NCBI GenBank assembly: GCA_030141605.1
Contig: JAQGDQ010000002.1
Location: forward strand, 1,984,001-2,048,000
Source: Tubiluchus corallicola
Taxonomy: Eukaryota > Animalia > Priapulida
Direction of reading: 5' to 3'
Length of the DNA stretch: 64,000 nucleotides
Part shown: one piece after another, positions 39,501 through 53,560 of the stretch
Position numbering within the stretch: position 1 is the first letter of the stretch
Layout: each line of letters starts with the position of its first letter
Position numbers and translations under genes: made by a program
Notes under the pieces: generated by a model
Seen by the model: only the letters and a program-made list of their open reading frames with translations
What the model was told of the DNA's origin: nothing
Database searches by the model: none

Positions 39501-42500
39501 GTTCAGCGGTGGGTGTAGTAGGCATATTTAGAATTCCCGAGAGGGCCAGGGCGCCCCGCAAAGGGCGTTTTCCCGGACCCAACTCGCGATTTTTTCGAAA
39601 TTTTGACCAAACAGCATGCGGGAAAAACGTTCTAGCGTCGGCCGGTGGGACTCTGGGAAGGAGATATGGGGCTCTTTACAAAGAGGAAGGACGGGGCTAC
39701 ACGATGATGTGGGTTATATTTTAGGGCAGGTCCACCGAGAGGAGTATCAACGAGTTAATTAGGTGTTTTATTTTCGGCGATTTTCGCTTAGAAAACTGTG
39801 AAAATTCTCGCTTAGAAAACTGCGACGCATTCCATTGTGCTGACGTCATCCATTGTACTCTGTCTATAAGTTTAATTCAGCAAAAAGCTGCTTTGCAACA
39901 TACAGTAGGCAGGAGTAAACGCTGCTGGCTTTGCGTTAGGTAAGTAGGCAGGATGTTACGGGCTTTGTGTTATAAATTAGGACTAGGTAGGATGTTCGCG
40001 TATTATTGATTACACGTGGTTTTTTACGCAAAATCTTTTGCGGGGCCTTTGCTAGTGTTTGTATTAATAGTACTTAGTTAATATTTGAATTTGATAGTTG
40101 ATATTTGTTCTTAATATTTCTGGGTAAAATTCCCCATATGTAATGTCCATAATTTTGCCACTTTTGTATTACTATTTTAAAGGCCATGTTGAAAATCTTT
40201 CTGTAGATTCACTTATGGTTAAAAAATAAAAATTCCAAATTAGTCCTGATTGCATATTGCTTGTGGGAATATATTAATAATTTAAAACATCTGCATCAAA
40301 TAAATGCTTTAGCTTAGCAAATGAGCCTAGAAGTTCCAGAAAAGATGTAGAGAACCTGTTTAAAGTATTAGATTAGTAAAAACTGGGTTTTAAAATCTGT
40401 TTAATTCTCTCCTGTACTGGCAACTAATAATAGGTATTTTAACTGTAGATGTCTGATCTGTTAAGTTGATCACATTGTTAAAGATGGAACTTTATTGTGT
40501 AAAATTTCCAATTAGTATATATATATATATATGCAAACACAGTGCAGCTACACATACTCTGTTTTTCATTTCTGATAGGAAAAAGGCCTATGGCTCTTGT
40601 CATATCTGAGGCTCATAATGCTCACCGTATTAACCAAAAATATTCACAGTTTAAATGGTTTACAGATCTGTGGGCTGATTACTTGAAAAACTTTCATTTG
40701 ATGTAACATTTAAAGCTCTGAATGGCATTCGTGTACTTGATGTAATTAGACAGTTCCCATAATTAAGTTAATTTATTGCTGAAGGTGAACCCATGTTAAT
40801 TTCAGTATACCTGCATTAGTAGACGTGTTTCTTCATAATTTAGCATTCTTTAAGCGTGTTTCGATGCCTCAGTGACCGTGTGTACTTAATATAGATGGTT
40901 GTAGAATCTAGTTCATTACGGAGGATAATCGACTGATATAAGACACTTCAGTAGATGGAGTGTCTTAGCCACGTTTGCGTACATACATCATTTTCCTGTG
41001 GGATATTATGGGACGCGTACTGAACTGTACATTTTTCCGATGGTTGTCAATTTACCTTAAACTAGGTCTGCCGTTATTTAATTTTACAGCCAAGTGCACG
41101 CTATAGCTACCCAATTATACACTCGTCAGTATTTACTGTATTTATTGCCGAAAAACCCTAATATTATATACATATTTAACTTGTAGTTACTTCCTGTTTT
41201 GCAGGTGTGGTTTTTATTAGAACTACGGAAAACATTCGTTTTAGAAAACAAACCAGAAAAACTAGATTTCTATCTACACTTTGGAGCTGGATTTCTAGTT
41301 TGGTTTGTTTATTTGCCGCTCATAGCTGTAATTGCTGCTAAGATATCAGCATTGTGGAGGTTCAAATTGATTTTATGTAAGCAATTTCATCTTTTTATCT
41401 TACAATTTCAAACTTGATTTGAATAGTTTGTGAAAAAAGGTTTTACAGTTTTTAGTTTTTTAGTGGTCGATGCTGTGCATTGTTGTGGTTAGGAATGTAA
41501 CTCATATCACAAGTGTGACTATTGAATTGAAAGTCACTTGAATTGTCGCTCGTAGGAGGTCATTAAGTGAATTAATATTTATGGTAGGTGTTCTATATAG
41601 ACATCTTCTAATTTTAAAACTTAAAACACTTTTTGATACAAAAAATGTGGTCACAAATACATGGATGTCACTTTATTTCATTTCTTAGAGTTTTAATTGT
41701 CTTGCATCTTGGAGAGCTAGTTGTCTGTTAAATCAATTAGTTTTAGTTCATACCTGAACTATTGTCTAGCGAGTATCTTAAACTACATTGTCTATTTAGA
41801 AAGGACTGTAGTGCTCACACATGTAGATGCATTGCTAAACAGAGGGCCATTTAGGCTCGCATTGTTTTACCAGTCATGACATCATATCTTGACTTTTATT
41901 CTTCCAAATCAATAAGGTGTTTCTTCTCAGAGTGTTCATTAGTATCCACCGTAGCACCTATTAAAAACAAGAATACCAAAAAAGTAGCTGTAAAGTACTA
42001 AGTATACTGGTATTTTATACTGCTCTCTGTTTCTTGTGAATATGGGAAGGGTAGTCTCGTGGTACAGCATAGTTTTTCTCTATAATAATTTTTCCTTAAT
42101 GCAAAATTGTTTTTAAAGTATGTGGCTCTTCTTACATTAAATGCATTTAACTTGTAGTATTGCTTACATTTTTTGTGTTAACCACATCTTTTGGGGGGGA
42201 TTCATGAACACTGTTATTTTCCTTTTTCTTTGTACAGGCTGAGAAAGACTGTGCTTCTTTGCGAATGACACAGAATATTGATCTGTACAAAGTTACATGT
42301 CCCTGCAATTGAGTTACAGTTATAAATGTTATTGCAAATGTCAAAACTCTGTTGTAGAATCATTAGGTAATAACCCAGATGAATGCCAGGATGAGTGTTT
42401 TTATTGAAAAAAGGAGAAGAATTTAAGGTAGATGTGAACTGCTTGCAATAAAAAACTTTGTTACCTTTTGCTGTATGTGATCATAATATTAAAATAAGCT

Positions 42501-43566
42501 CAACTTCCCCAGAGCCTTGGCTTTTCTTTTAATATATCCCACATTAATAAAATTATTGTACGTCAGATGCATTCTCACTTCTGGTAAACTAGTTTACAGG
42601 TAGATATACTTATATAGGACCTTACCATCTTATATAAATAAATCATTGTATTTTACGTGTTAGTAAATTAGTGTTATACCAAATTTACCTATGCAGGATC
42701 TGACCATTTTAAGGCAATTATATGGCATTTTTGTAAAAAAAAACTAGCTATAACACCACCCCTAGTCTTTTTCAGAACAAATAATGACTCAGTAGATGTA
42801 GTACCTGGACTGTCTTCAAGTTACATTCATGTAAATGGTAATAAAAATAATTGACACTGTGTCTTATTTTCAGCAATCACCAACGCTGCAGATTTTCTGG
42901 CTTTTATAGTCCTAATGCATCTGCTCTGGCCTTCTCGGACAGTATCATATTTTGAAGTAAGTATCATTTGCCTACTGTGTGGTGTTACACACTTTTTTGC
43001 TTGTTGCTGGAAAGCAGCAATAATTTATTATTGCTGAAGCTGCATCTAATATTCAGTGAATGCAATGCTTGTAAATGTTGCCAAGATTTGGTTTTATCCA
43101 GTCATGCAGTTGCTACATGGAGCATATAAGTTTGTTTATCCATTGAATTTATAGGCTAATTACTTCCCAAAATGCTAAATGGGTGGTCTTAAAATGTGAC
43201 GTGTTGCATTCATCTGTATGGAAATGTCATTTGTTGGTCATGTCACGTTGGTCAGTAAAATCTTTTGGAATGAATTTACTGAGTGGACCAACAGGAACTG
43301 GACTATTCGATCTATCCCAAGCTGGAAACTATATAGTATATATACAGGCATAGGATAAGATTACTTTTGCTGACTCCTCAAAGTAATTTTCATGAAGTTA
43401 TTATAATGTATTATAAGCAGCAATGATACATTGCAACTTTTTTCAGATAAAGTCTGATATTGATCTGATATCTGAAGAAATGGAAGAATTTGAAGCTGAA
43501 ACTATAATTGGGGAAGTATCTAGCATTGCCTCAAGTAATAGTGTTACCTCTTCTGCAAAGGCATGA
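36513..43566 (+). CDS. GPR180/TMEM145-family integral membrane protein (signal peptide, luminal domain, 7TM), 6 coding exons, 504 aa
   Basis: Exons 36513-37000, 37721-38288, 38598-38681, 41205-41376, 42874-42956 and 43447-43566 have GT-AG boundaries and consistent phases (2,0,0,1,0); total 1515 nt. Family motifs: FLAKFGFQK, PRFWYVSLVSC, YDIWLVNG..NPFEFQFSYD, LLLLIAKGW, LLWPSR. Confidence 0.9.
39202..40055 (+). mobile_element. Non-autonomous Helitron in an intron of the GPR180/TMEM145-like gene
   Basis: A/TC 5' start (39202) and CTAG/T 3' end (40052-40055). A palindrome CGCAAAAtcTTTTGCG at 40027-40042 lies 9 nt before the CTAG. No TSD. Abruptly GC- and CpG-rich. The 5' boundary could instead be near the (TA)n at ~39229. 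Confidence 0.8.
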
Positions 43567-46259
43567 ACAGATCTGTTCTACAACACTAATCTCTCCAGAA
43601 TTATACGCTAATGTTGAGGGGAAACATAATTGTAGAATGTAGAGCCCAGTCATGGAATGTTGCATTATGGGATTGTCACAGATCTGATAGGCAGTTTTAA
43701 AGGTTAATTACAATTCAAACATTTTCATTATTTTAAACTGGTTAATATTAAAAGTTGATACATGGATGAATAGATCGATTCTAGCTGGATCGACTTTGTG
43801 GCCAAAATATTGTGAAACTGCCACATATCTTTCACATAACTATATCATGTTTAGTAAAGCCAAAATTTCGACAAAATAATTTAACCTATTTAATGGATGT
43901 AGTTGCAATAAACGCTTTTAAAAATTATAATAAAAATTGGTTCTTCCAACTTCAGAGCTGGCTACAGAAGCAATCTACCAGACCAAAATAGCTTTCTTAT
44001 TTGTTCATTTATTTCATTCTGACCTGATTACTAGCTAATTTAAAAAACTTTATTACACCACTTAAAACTTGTCCTAACTTGATAATACTATGTCCTGTGC
44101 ATGTTTTTGTTCGTTTTTTATTATTGCAATGTATTCCCTTCATGTCACATGAATTGTGTTCAGTCATTTTGTAAATAAATTAGATTTTATTAATAAAACA
44201 CTTTTAACACTCTTTATGTGTGTCAAGTTAGTGGCCTTTTATCTCATTTTGTGTATTCAAATATGGGTGCAATAAGTATGCTTTTTCTTTAGGAAGCATT
44301 GTTTTTAGAATCACTGATTGTGCTAAATGATTCCAGAACAAAGTTGCAACTGATTATTAAAATGCTGCCAAAAAATCTTTCATCACATTTACAAAACCTA
44401 AAACACTTATAAATTATTATTTGATATTTTATGTAGATATTATGTAATTTATATGTACATCATATAGCTGAACCTTGACTCTACTTTTTAGGACTACAAA
44501 TTAAAATATTTATTTCACAATTATTACTTGTACAATGGGAACTTATTTCTGTACAAATTTCTAATACTACTGTAATGCAGGTGCAATAATTTAATATTGT
44601 AAATTTTTGTAGTATTTTTTGAAGTACTTCGTTTGCTTAATTATAATAAATGTAGTAGGTCAAGTTTGCTCACATCACCTATACCTTCATACTATAAATG
44701 TAACTTCTTTGTAGTAATTCTTATCATATATATATACTGTTTATTTCTAGTACCATCTTATCGTGTATATACTGTTTATTTGTAGTATCAGTTAACCTAG
44801 TCACCTTATTGGAGAACTTATTGTTTGGTTGTTGAAGTATCCACTTTTTTCAATCGCTTATATTGCTAGCAGGATTATAGGATAATTATAATTGTAATTT
44901 AATTAGAATGTCTGCTGCTGGTCCCTTTATCAGATTATAAAGGCTATAAGAGTGTGCGTCAAAAATAACCTAATATAAACTTTACGTCAAGCCTATCTTC
45001 TTTTTAGGCTTGATCAAAATTTGAATTCCTATCAGAAGTTAAGACATTAATAAAATTTAGAGTTCTGGAAGAATAATCCAGAAATTAATGTTTAAAAGGA
45101 GTACTGTTGAGCAAAACCAAAAAAATTATAGTGTTTCTGGTTGTACAGGTTTTGAGCAAGGGTTGATATTTTCACGTTATAACTTTCTAGTCAGTGTATT
45201 ATTAGGTTTATTTTTAAGACCACGTACTATAATTGGAACTATAGTTAGTATAACATGTAGATGGTTTAGTACATTTGCGATATTTATGCAACTAAATTAG
45301 TAAGCTTTTACTCGAAAACTGCACTGAAAATAGTTGTTAATTATTTCATGTAAAAATCATCATTCCACGTTAAAAATGATATTGTACATTGCAATAAAGT
45401 TAAATGAACTTATTTACCGTGTGATTTATGTTCTATTTTTATTTGCTTGACAACTTACTTTAGCGCCATTACAACAACAAACTGTGTACTGCATAATATA
45501 AACAATAAGTGAAATTTCTTTACAGTGCTTTTGCTAGGAATGAATATGTTCTCATAAACCTCAGCTTTGCTTCTAACAACTTGGTGATACTTGCTCTTGC
45601 TTCAACAAAAAGTATAGTTGATTGTCAATGTTAAATAAAAAACATTTCTATAATGCAGACACTTAACATATTTAACTTTGTGCAAAACGAAGTCTTTAGG
45701 CATGTAGAATTTAGTGACCTCCGTAGGTGACCAAAACTCAAGCAGACACTCCACATTGATCTTCACTTTTATTAATTCTAAGTTAAATAATGTAAATGCA
45801 ACTATATAAATTTACTGATACCTTATTTCATACTCATATACACCCTTATAGTAAAGTATAAAGTAACTCCTTTAAAATAATACGGAAATACAGTATGTTA
45901 CTGCAAAACACCAAATCTTCCACATGGGTTGAGCCTTCTGTTAGCAAGGCAAAACAGCTGTCAAAATAAACACTGCAAACTATTCTTAATAAGTTAAGAA
46001 ATTTACAAAATATAAGTAGTTACAGCTAACCAAACCTATATTTCTTTTAATCAGTCTAAATATATTACCCACTTACTATCTCTTCTGACAAAAAACCATT
46101 TAAAAGCCTGAAGCAACTATTGTATGATTTCACACTTAACAAATCATAAATTTGACAAATTCACACCGATTTAAACAAAATGATTTTTTTGTTGAGATAA
46201 TAGCTGTTTTGACAAATTAATTTTCAAACTTTTACCACTAGGCTAACTTGTAGAGTTCA

Positions 46260-47844
<1,585 letters not shown>

Positions 47845-48399
47845 TTACCCACTGATGTAGTTGTCATCTGCCAGGTACCTGTAAAGCAAAAAAAAAGATC
47901 TTGGCAAAGATCTTGGCAAGTGTTCCAGTATAACTTTTTTGGAAGTTTTCAAGCAACTTATTAAATTGAAGTGAACTGTACACTATCCATTTCTTTCCAA
48001 TAATACAATGTGTTAATGATACTAACACAAAAGGATAAGCAGAATTCGTGAAAAATGCTAAACAGAGCTGCCAGTTAAGAATACTGAACAACAGTTACAA
48101 CAACAAATTTTTCATACATTTTCATTTACGGATAATTTAACTTCTCACTTTTTGTTAAAATTATTCTTTTTCTTTGAAGTCTAATCAGAAACACATGATT
48201 TATTTCAAACATAACATACAGGCCACAAATATTTTTGATGTCATCATTTAATAAATTAATATTTTGTTTTCAGTACAGTCAATATTCAAGTCTAATCTAC
48301 AAAATCGCGCCTCACTCAGCTTCTTTTACTACAATGGATGCACTCCCAGCTGTGGATTCACTTATCAGATTCATTATTGAGATTATTAATGAAGCTTCA

Positions 48400-49430
48400 T
48401 TTATCATATTTTTTATAGTAATGTAAATTCCAATGGCACAAATGATGTTCTTCTTCAAATGCAAGTCCTGCGAAGCAGCAACATTTAAACAATATACATT
48501 TTGTTCTTCGTGTACGGCAAAACCCCTTGCAAAATTTATTCCATGGCTATTTTGCAGGTGTTCATACACACCTAAGGCTGGTCCAATAATGTATAATCAC
48601 ATACACGATTCCGAACAATTGGTAAAGAAATAACAAAAGTTGGAAAACCAACTGAGCATGTGAGCTGCCATAACAGAGAAACGACATTGACAATATTGCC
48701 ATCTGTGGCAAAAATCGTGTAGAAACACGAGTCATACAGTATTACCAGTTGCATTCATCATCATCATGAGTTGCACTCATCATCATTAAAGACCCTCAGT
48801 ATCAGATGTCGATCATTATTATTTAAGGTCAAAAGATGTCCGAAAGTAGTGGCACAACAGGCATCCAACATTAGCTCCGTCTGAGTTTGGTGGAATGGCT
48901 GGAAACTGTCAACTAATAAAGCATCGACGGTTGACGATGGAAGACAATTCCATGGCTGAATTACCTACAGCAGAAGTGAAATCTGACATTGGTTCCAGGC
49001 TTCTAGTGGGTTGCACAAATAACTTAGACCCACGACCATGAAGAACACGGCGAGGTCTGGAAAAAAGTCTGTCTCTGTCAGAACAGTGCTTATACTAATT
49101 ATTTTGAAACAGTTCACAAGGTCTATAGTCTCACACATTTGCTTTAGAGTAGAAATTGAAGTAGGAACCAAATCACCAGCTAATCCTGAGTTCCTTCAAG
49201 TGCATTCTTGAGAGTAGCATACAGGGGTGATTATACAATCAGCACATATTCCAAAATGGGTCGAACAACAGCTTTATAAAGAGGAATGATTACAGCTGTA
49301 TTTCTCGATATAACACAGCCCTTGATCATGCCAATGTCGCAATTTACTTCTGTAATGATATGGTTCACATGGGAATTCCATTTGAAGTCGTTGGATACCA
49401 TTATTCCCAAGTCTTTGATATAGTGACCAC
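48400..49430 (-). mobile_element. Degenerate CR1-type LINE fragments in the FDX2 5' intron
   Basis: The minus strand gives KDLGIMVSNDFKWNSHVNHI and LYKAVVRPILEY (49.25-49.42 kb), plus weaker C-terminal remnants (RRTSFVP near 48.45 kb). The left extent is uncertain. Confidence 0.7.
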
Positions 49431-49559
49431 CGTTTAATTAATCCACCTTGGTGCGAAGCTAAATGGATTTATTAAGCGGTTGGATTTACGAACCGAAGAG
49501 ACGTAGAAAGTAGCATTCTCTATGTTAATACAGTGTGTATTGTTTATTTACAAAGCCAA

Positions 49560-50450
49560 TACACTTACCACTCAGTAAACTGCTTGCGCAAAGTTCTCAA
49601 AAAAGTGTAATAATTTATTAGCGTTTGTGTGATTAAAGTAACTCAGCTAAAGTGAATATGTATTGTTTGTCTGTGATGCCATTACCTTTTATGTGATTAA
49701 CTGCTTGCTAGAAAATCAAAAAATACCTGTAACTTTAATATCGGCAATGATTCAGCATTCATTTATTAGAGTCGTTAACATTTTCACACGCACAATGGTT
49801 TACTTTGTCAGTTAGAATCGGCATTTTAGTTTAATCTGGTTACGCATACAAAATGCAGAAAAGATAACGTCAAAATATGTTCAGTGTGGTCTGTTTTAGT
49901 GGAAAATTTTATCACATTTTTGAAGTCAATGTTCTACAGTCCATGCCTCCATGGTGCGGTGTTTCCAGCAAGTCGTATTTCAGCAGCTTATACAGTAATT
50001 CTTATTTCTTCATCACCAAGACAGTCATGCAAAGTTGCAAAAAGTGCTTAGAACAAAGATGCTGATCTAGTTCAAGTTAAAACGTGGGATAATTGTGCGG
50101 TCTTCACAGATCGCAATTGTGTTTTATAAAGCAAAGTTTGGATTTAATAAACAGCAAATTTTACTAGGTTAAAGTATTATACAATTCCGTTCCAGCAATA
50201 ATGGCCACAGAAAGCAGCTGGATTTATTATCCATAAATTTATTAAGCAGATTCTACCGCACTACTTTTTTCAACTAAGTAAAGCACATTTACTATGTTTA
50301 AGGGTCATGAACCATTCGCTGCACCAGAGGAAATACAATTAGCAATTTCATTAATAAAGATAAGAAAACAAAATGGGCCATTAAAGGCAATGAAAACAGT
50401 GCGCCATTCAATAGATATATCGCTAAGTACAACGCGTTGGAATCGATGGG
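49560..50450 (-). promoter_or_regulatory. Probable FDX2 5'UTR exon / promoter region
   Basis: Minus-strand GTAAGT donor at 49563-49568 and an acceptor at 47879-47880 in front of the ATG exon. CpGs reappear from ~49.4 kb. Confidence 0.35.
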
Positions 50451-50454
50451 TTAG

Positions 50455-50648
50455 AAAGTAACTAAACCATTCAACTTGTATCGATTTTGAATTTGAATTC
50501 AGTTTTAAAGATATTCAAATCAATTTAGAATCAGCAATAAATTTCAAATGTTTTAGTGACAAAGAACAAAAGTAATTGGCTGTTAATTTACTTGAATTCA
50601 CAGTTTTAGGTTCGAATTTTTTAAATCAAATTGTCATGTTCACTCCTA
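50455..50648 (+). mobile_element. Old, internally deleted copy of the TTCGAA hAT MITE
   Basis: Shares tcagcaataaa and ttttaggttcgaa with the 53-kb copy and ends ATGTTCACTCCTA, similar to the TIR. Confidence 0.5.
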
Positions 50649-51377
50649 GAAACTAGTTTGACACAAAAGCCACAATCTATACAAATGAGGTTAACTGTTT
50701 TTCCCATGATTTGCTCTTTTGTTTGGGTTTACGCATGGCTGGACAGCTTGGACAACCGTATCGGCTCTTTAACGTGGTTTTTCGTTCACTACTCTAAACA
50801 CTAAAGTTATCCTCAGAACCAAAATGGCTTGAGAAAGGGGATGTTTGAAGTCTTCTTGGTCCCATCTAGGGGCAGTTAAGGCAAAGAATGCAGTTATCAA
50901 GGACAGATATTGATTTTACTAATAAAATCAAAGCCAAATTTGACGCAATTTGTGAACATCATATGTGAATGAACACCCATCATTATAATGTACATACACA
51001 TAATTTGGAAATAAACACATCTTTAGGAGTGCCTTTTCTTGTAAAGGAGTACATCCAAACTAACTGTAATAATTAATGACTGCTCTTTAAGGTCCATAAA
51101 ACATGTGAATAAACATCCATGATAAATATGAGAAGGGACCGTACGCGAGTTGAACTCTAGGTCCTGATATCATTGTAAAGAAGATTGTAAAGAACAATAC
51201 CCCCACCAATATAGACGTTTAGCAGTGAAATGGATGGATACGTGTACGTGTAAACCAAATTAACGGCCTTCAAGTCGAACAAATTTCATCTGATTCAATA
51301 CTGAATAAAAAAAATAAACATCTCGAGGGCTTCCAAAATTATACATACCAAATCCAAAATACTGTGTTCATAATATT

Positions 51378-51790
51378 TATCAATTCAATTCAATTTATTG
51401 CACAGATATGCAATTAACATTACATACATTGGCAAGTACAAAAAGAAAATTATATATACAGGTACCTATTTATGTCAATTTTGTTCTCAGAATTGAATAA
51501 TCAGAGTAAGGAGAAAGGTGATTTTTTTAGAAAGGTAAAATTGTAGAGCGTGTCTTCATATTTTTCTCTAATTGCTTCATAGGATGGACAAGCAAATATA
51601 AAATGCAATTCATCTTCAACTGTGTTTTGCTTGCTACTTTCATTGTTCTTACAAAGCATGCATAATCTTTCATTTTCTGACTGGTTTGTGTATCTGCCTT
51701 TTTCAATTTGTAGCTCATGATCACTCACCGTGAATTTCGTTATGTTTCGTCTATGTTGTTTGTTCCTTACTATTTCTAGGTATGACTCCA
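51378..51790 (-). mobile_element. L2/Crack-group LINE 3' end
   Basis: ITKFTVSDHELQIEKGRY..ERLCMLC..VEDELHFIFACPSY C-terminal motif, followed by an AATAAA(TTGAA)n tail at 51378-51399. Confidence 0.85.
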
Positions 51791-52196
51791 AACTATAGCC
51801 GTATAGGCTAGCTGCTTTTTAACTTCCTGTATCAGCGAAATAAAAATCCCTTGGCAAAAGCTAAACAAACTTGTGTACGTGAAGTAGAGGCCATCACGTT
51901 TAAGCTAACGTCCAGTTGGTGCCCACCATGTGAAGAATTACGTACGTCCATTTAGCGACTTGAACACTGGAAATTAAGTCCACGGAGTTCAAGTGCACAT
52001 AGTGAACGGACGAAAATCACGTCCATCTAGTTTAGTGAATGGTTGCTCGAAGTTATATACATCACATCCCAAGATTATGTAGGTTTATCAGTTTAATAAA
52101 TGAGCGCTCAGACTTACATCCATTGCGTCCAAAATTATATCCAACATGCAACACTCCAGCTATACCCAGTACAGTGTACACGTCTATAAATATGTA

Positions 52197-52943
52197 GGGC
52201 GCCGAGTAATCCACTAGCCGAAGTAGGACACTTCCGACAAAACGCATGTGCTAAATTTGAGGAAAAGCAGTGTCGTACATGGGCAGCCCAAGTAGGACAC
52301 GAGCGATTTCTGTAGAGAATCGACATTTATGACATACTAAAACATAAAAGTAAATTTGTTTTAGAAAGAAAGTAACTTTATAATAATGATGGATAGTCCT
52401 TCACAATTTACAAATGTATTTTTTGCAACAATATCATCATTATTATTAGCTCCATTAAAATCATCATAACATTAAACTAAGTATCTATTGCTTTAAAGAG
52501 AGAAACTATGTGGGGCACATAACTCGCTAACCCGTTTACTTAGTAGAAAACAATTATTTGTCCAAGAGTGAGTGAAAAGGATCACCTGTCTGTGAAGCAA
52601 GACAAAATAAAAAATGATATACCTTAAACAAATGTTGGATCTTCTAAAAAAGCGTGCTTATTCACTCCAAAAAAGAATAATATTGGCAAATATTAGTTCT
52701 TCAAGCTCAGAATAAAATTCTTTTATTTTATCAGATGTATAATAAATTATTCAACGTATATTGACGTTTTTAATTATTGTTATTCCATAAACAAGAACAA
52801 CGGACGGTGCCAGTACGCTTAACAACTCAATTCGCGACCTGTTTCTAGTGTCCTACTTGGTCAGCCCATGTTCGACGCGTCCTACATGGGCTAGCCCATG
52901 TACGCCAATTGTCCTACTTCGGCTAGTGGATTACTCGGCGCCC
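52197..52943. mobile_element. MITE with perfect 34-bp terminal inverted repeats
   Basis: GGGCGCCGAGTAATCCACTAGCCGAAGTAGGACA at 52197-52230 and its exact reverse complement ending at 52943; repeated subterminal GTAGGAC/GTCCTAC motifs; flanks TGTA / AGTA. Confidence 0.9.
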
Positions 52944-53051
52944 AGTATCTTAAATCGAACAAATCAAGAAATCTTCTGAGTAGACTTACTAAGCTTTTTC
53001 AAAAGGGCACTCATGACGCCTTTTTACTGTATTTAAAATTTCGCTTACATA

Positions 53052-53560
53052 TAAGGGTGAGCATTCTTTTGCGACTCTCGAATACTAATCAAACCGAATT
53101 TCAGTATTTCGAATTCGAATTGAGTTTGAAAGATTTTTGAACACGTTTTCGAGCCCTCAGTAAAAAGCAGTCTTACAAAGATCATGCATATTACTAGATT
53201 TTATTCAGCAATAAAACCACTGATAAAAAGTGACACTTAGTTTAAAAATTGTACACAGAAATCGCTACTAAACCATACTAATTGCGTGATGTTTAAAACG
53301 TGTTAATTACAAAAAAACGTATATTGTTGTAACTTTGCACACAGCTGTTTTATGTAGTATTTAGCGGGTTATGTAGTATTTAATGTGTATTGCTTTGCCA
53401 ATGTACATTGTATGTATTTGTGCAAATAAAAAAACCGAATTAAATTGAATTGTTGAAGTGCTGAATAATTCTAATTTTAGGTTCGAACCGAATTCGAAAC
53501 AAAAAACTGGTTCGAATCGAATTCGAACCCTCGAACTAGAACGTTCGATGCTCACCCCTG
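53052..53560 (+). mobile_element. hAT-type MITE with TTCGAA subterminal repeats
   Basis: TIR TAAGGGTGAGCAT / ATGCTCACCCCTG (11/13 match) and an 8-bp TSD CTTACATA (53044-53051) / CTTACAAA (53561-53568). Confidence 0.88.

Noticed and set aside
39298-39724. GC-rich overlapping ORFs
   Set aside because: They lie inside the Helitron and show no recognisable protein.
40939-40967. 12-bp stem hairpin taagacacttca-gtaga-tggagtgtctta
   Set aside because: Isolated short intronic hairpin without ribozyme, snoRNA or miRNA features; probably part of a decayed repeat.
48235-48754. Cys-containing short ORFs upstream of FDX2
   Set aside because: No recognisable family; better explained as decayed LINE or intronic sequence.
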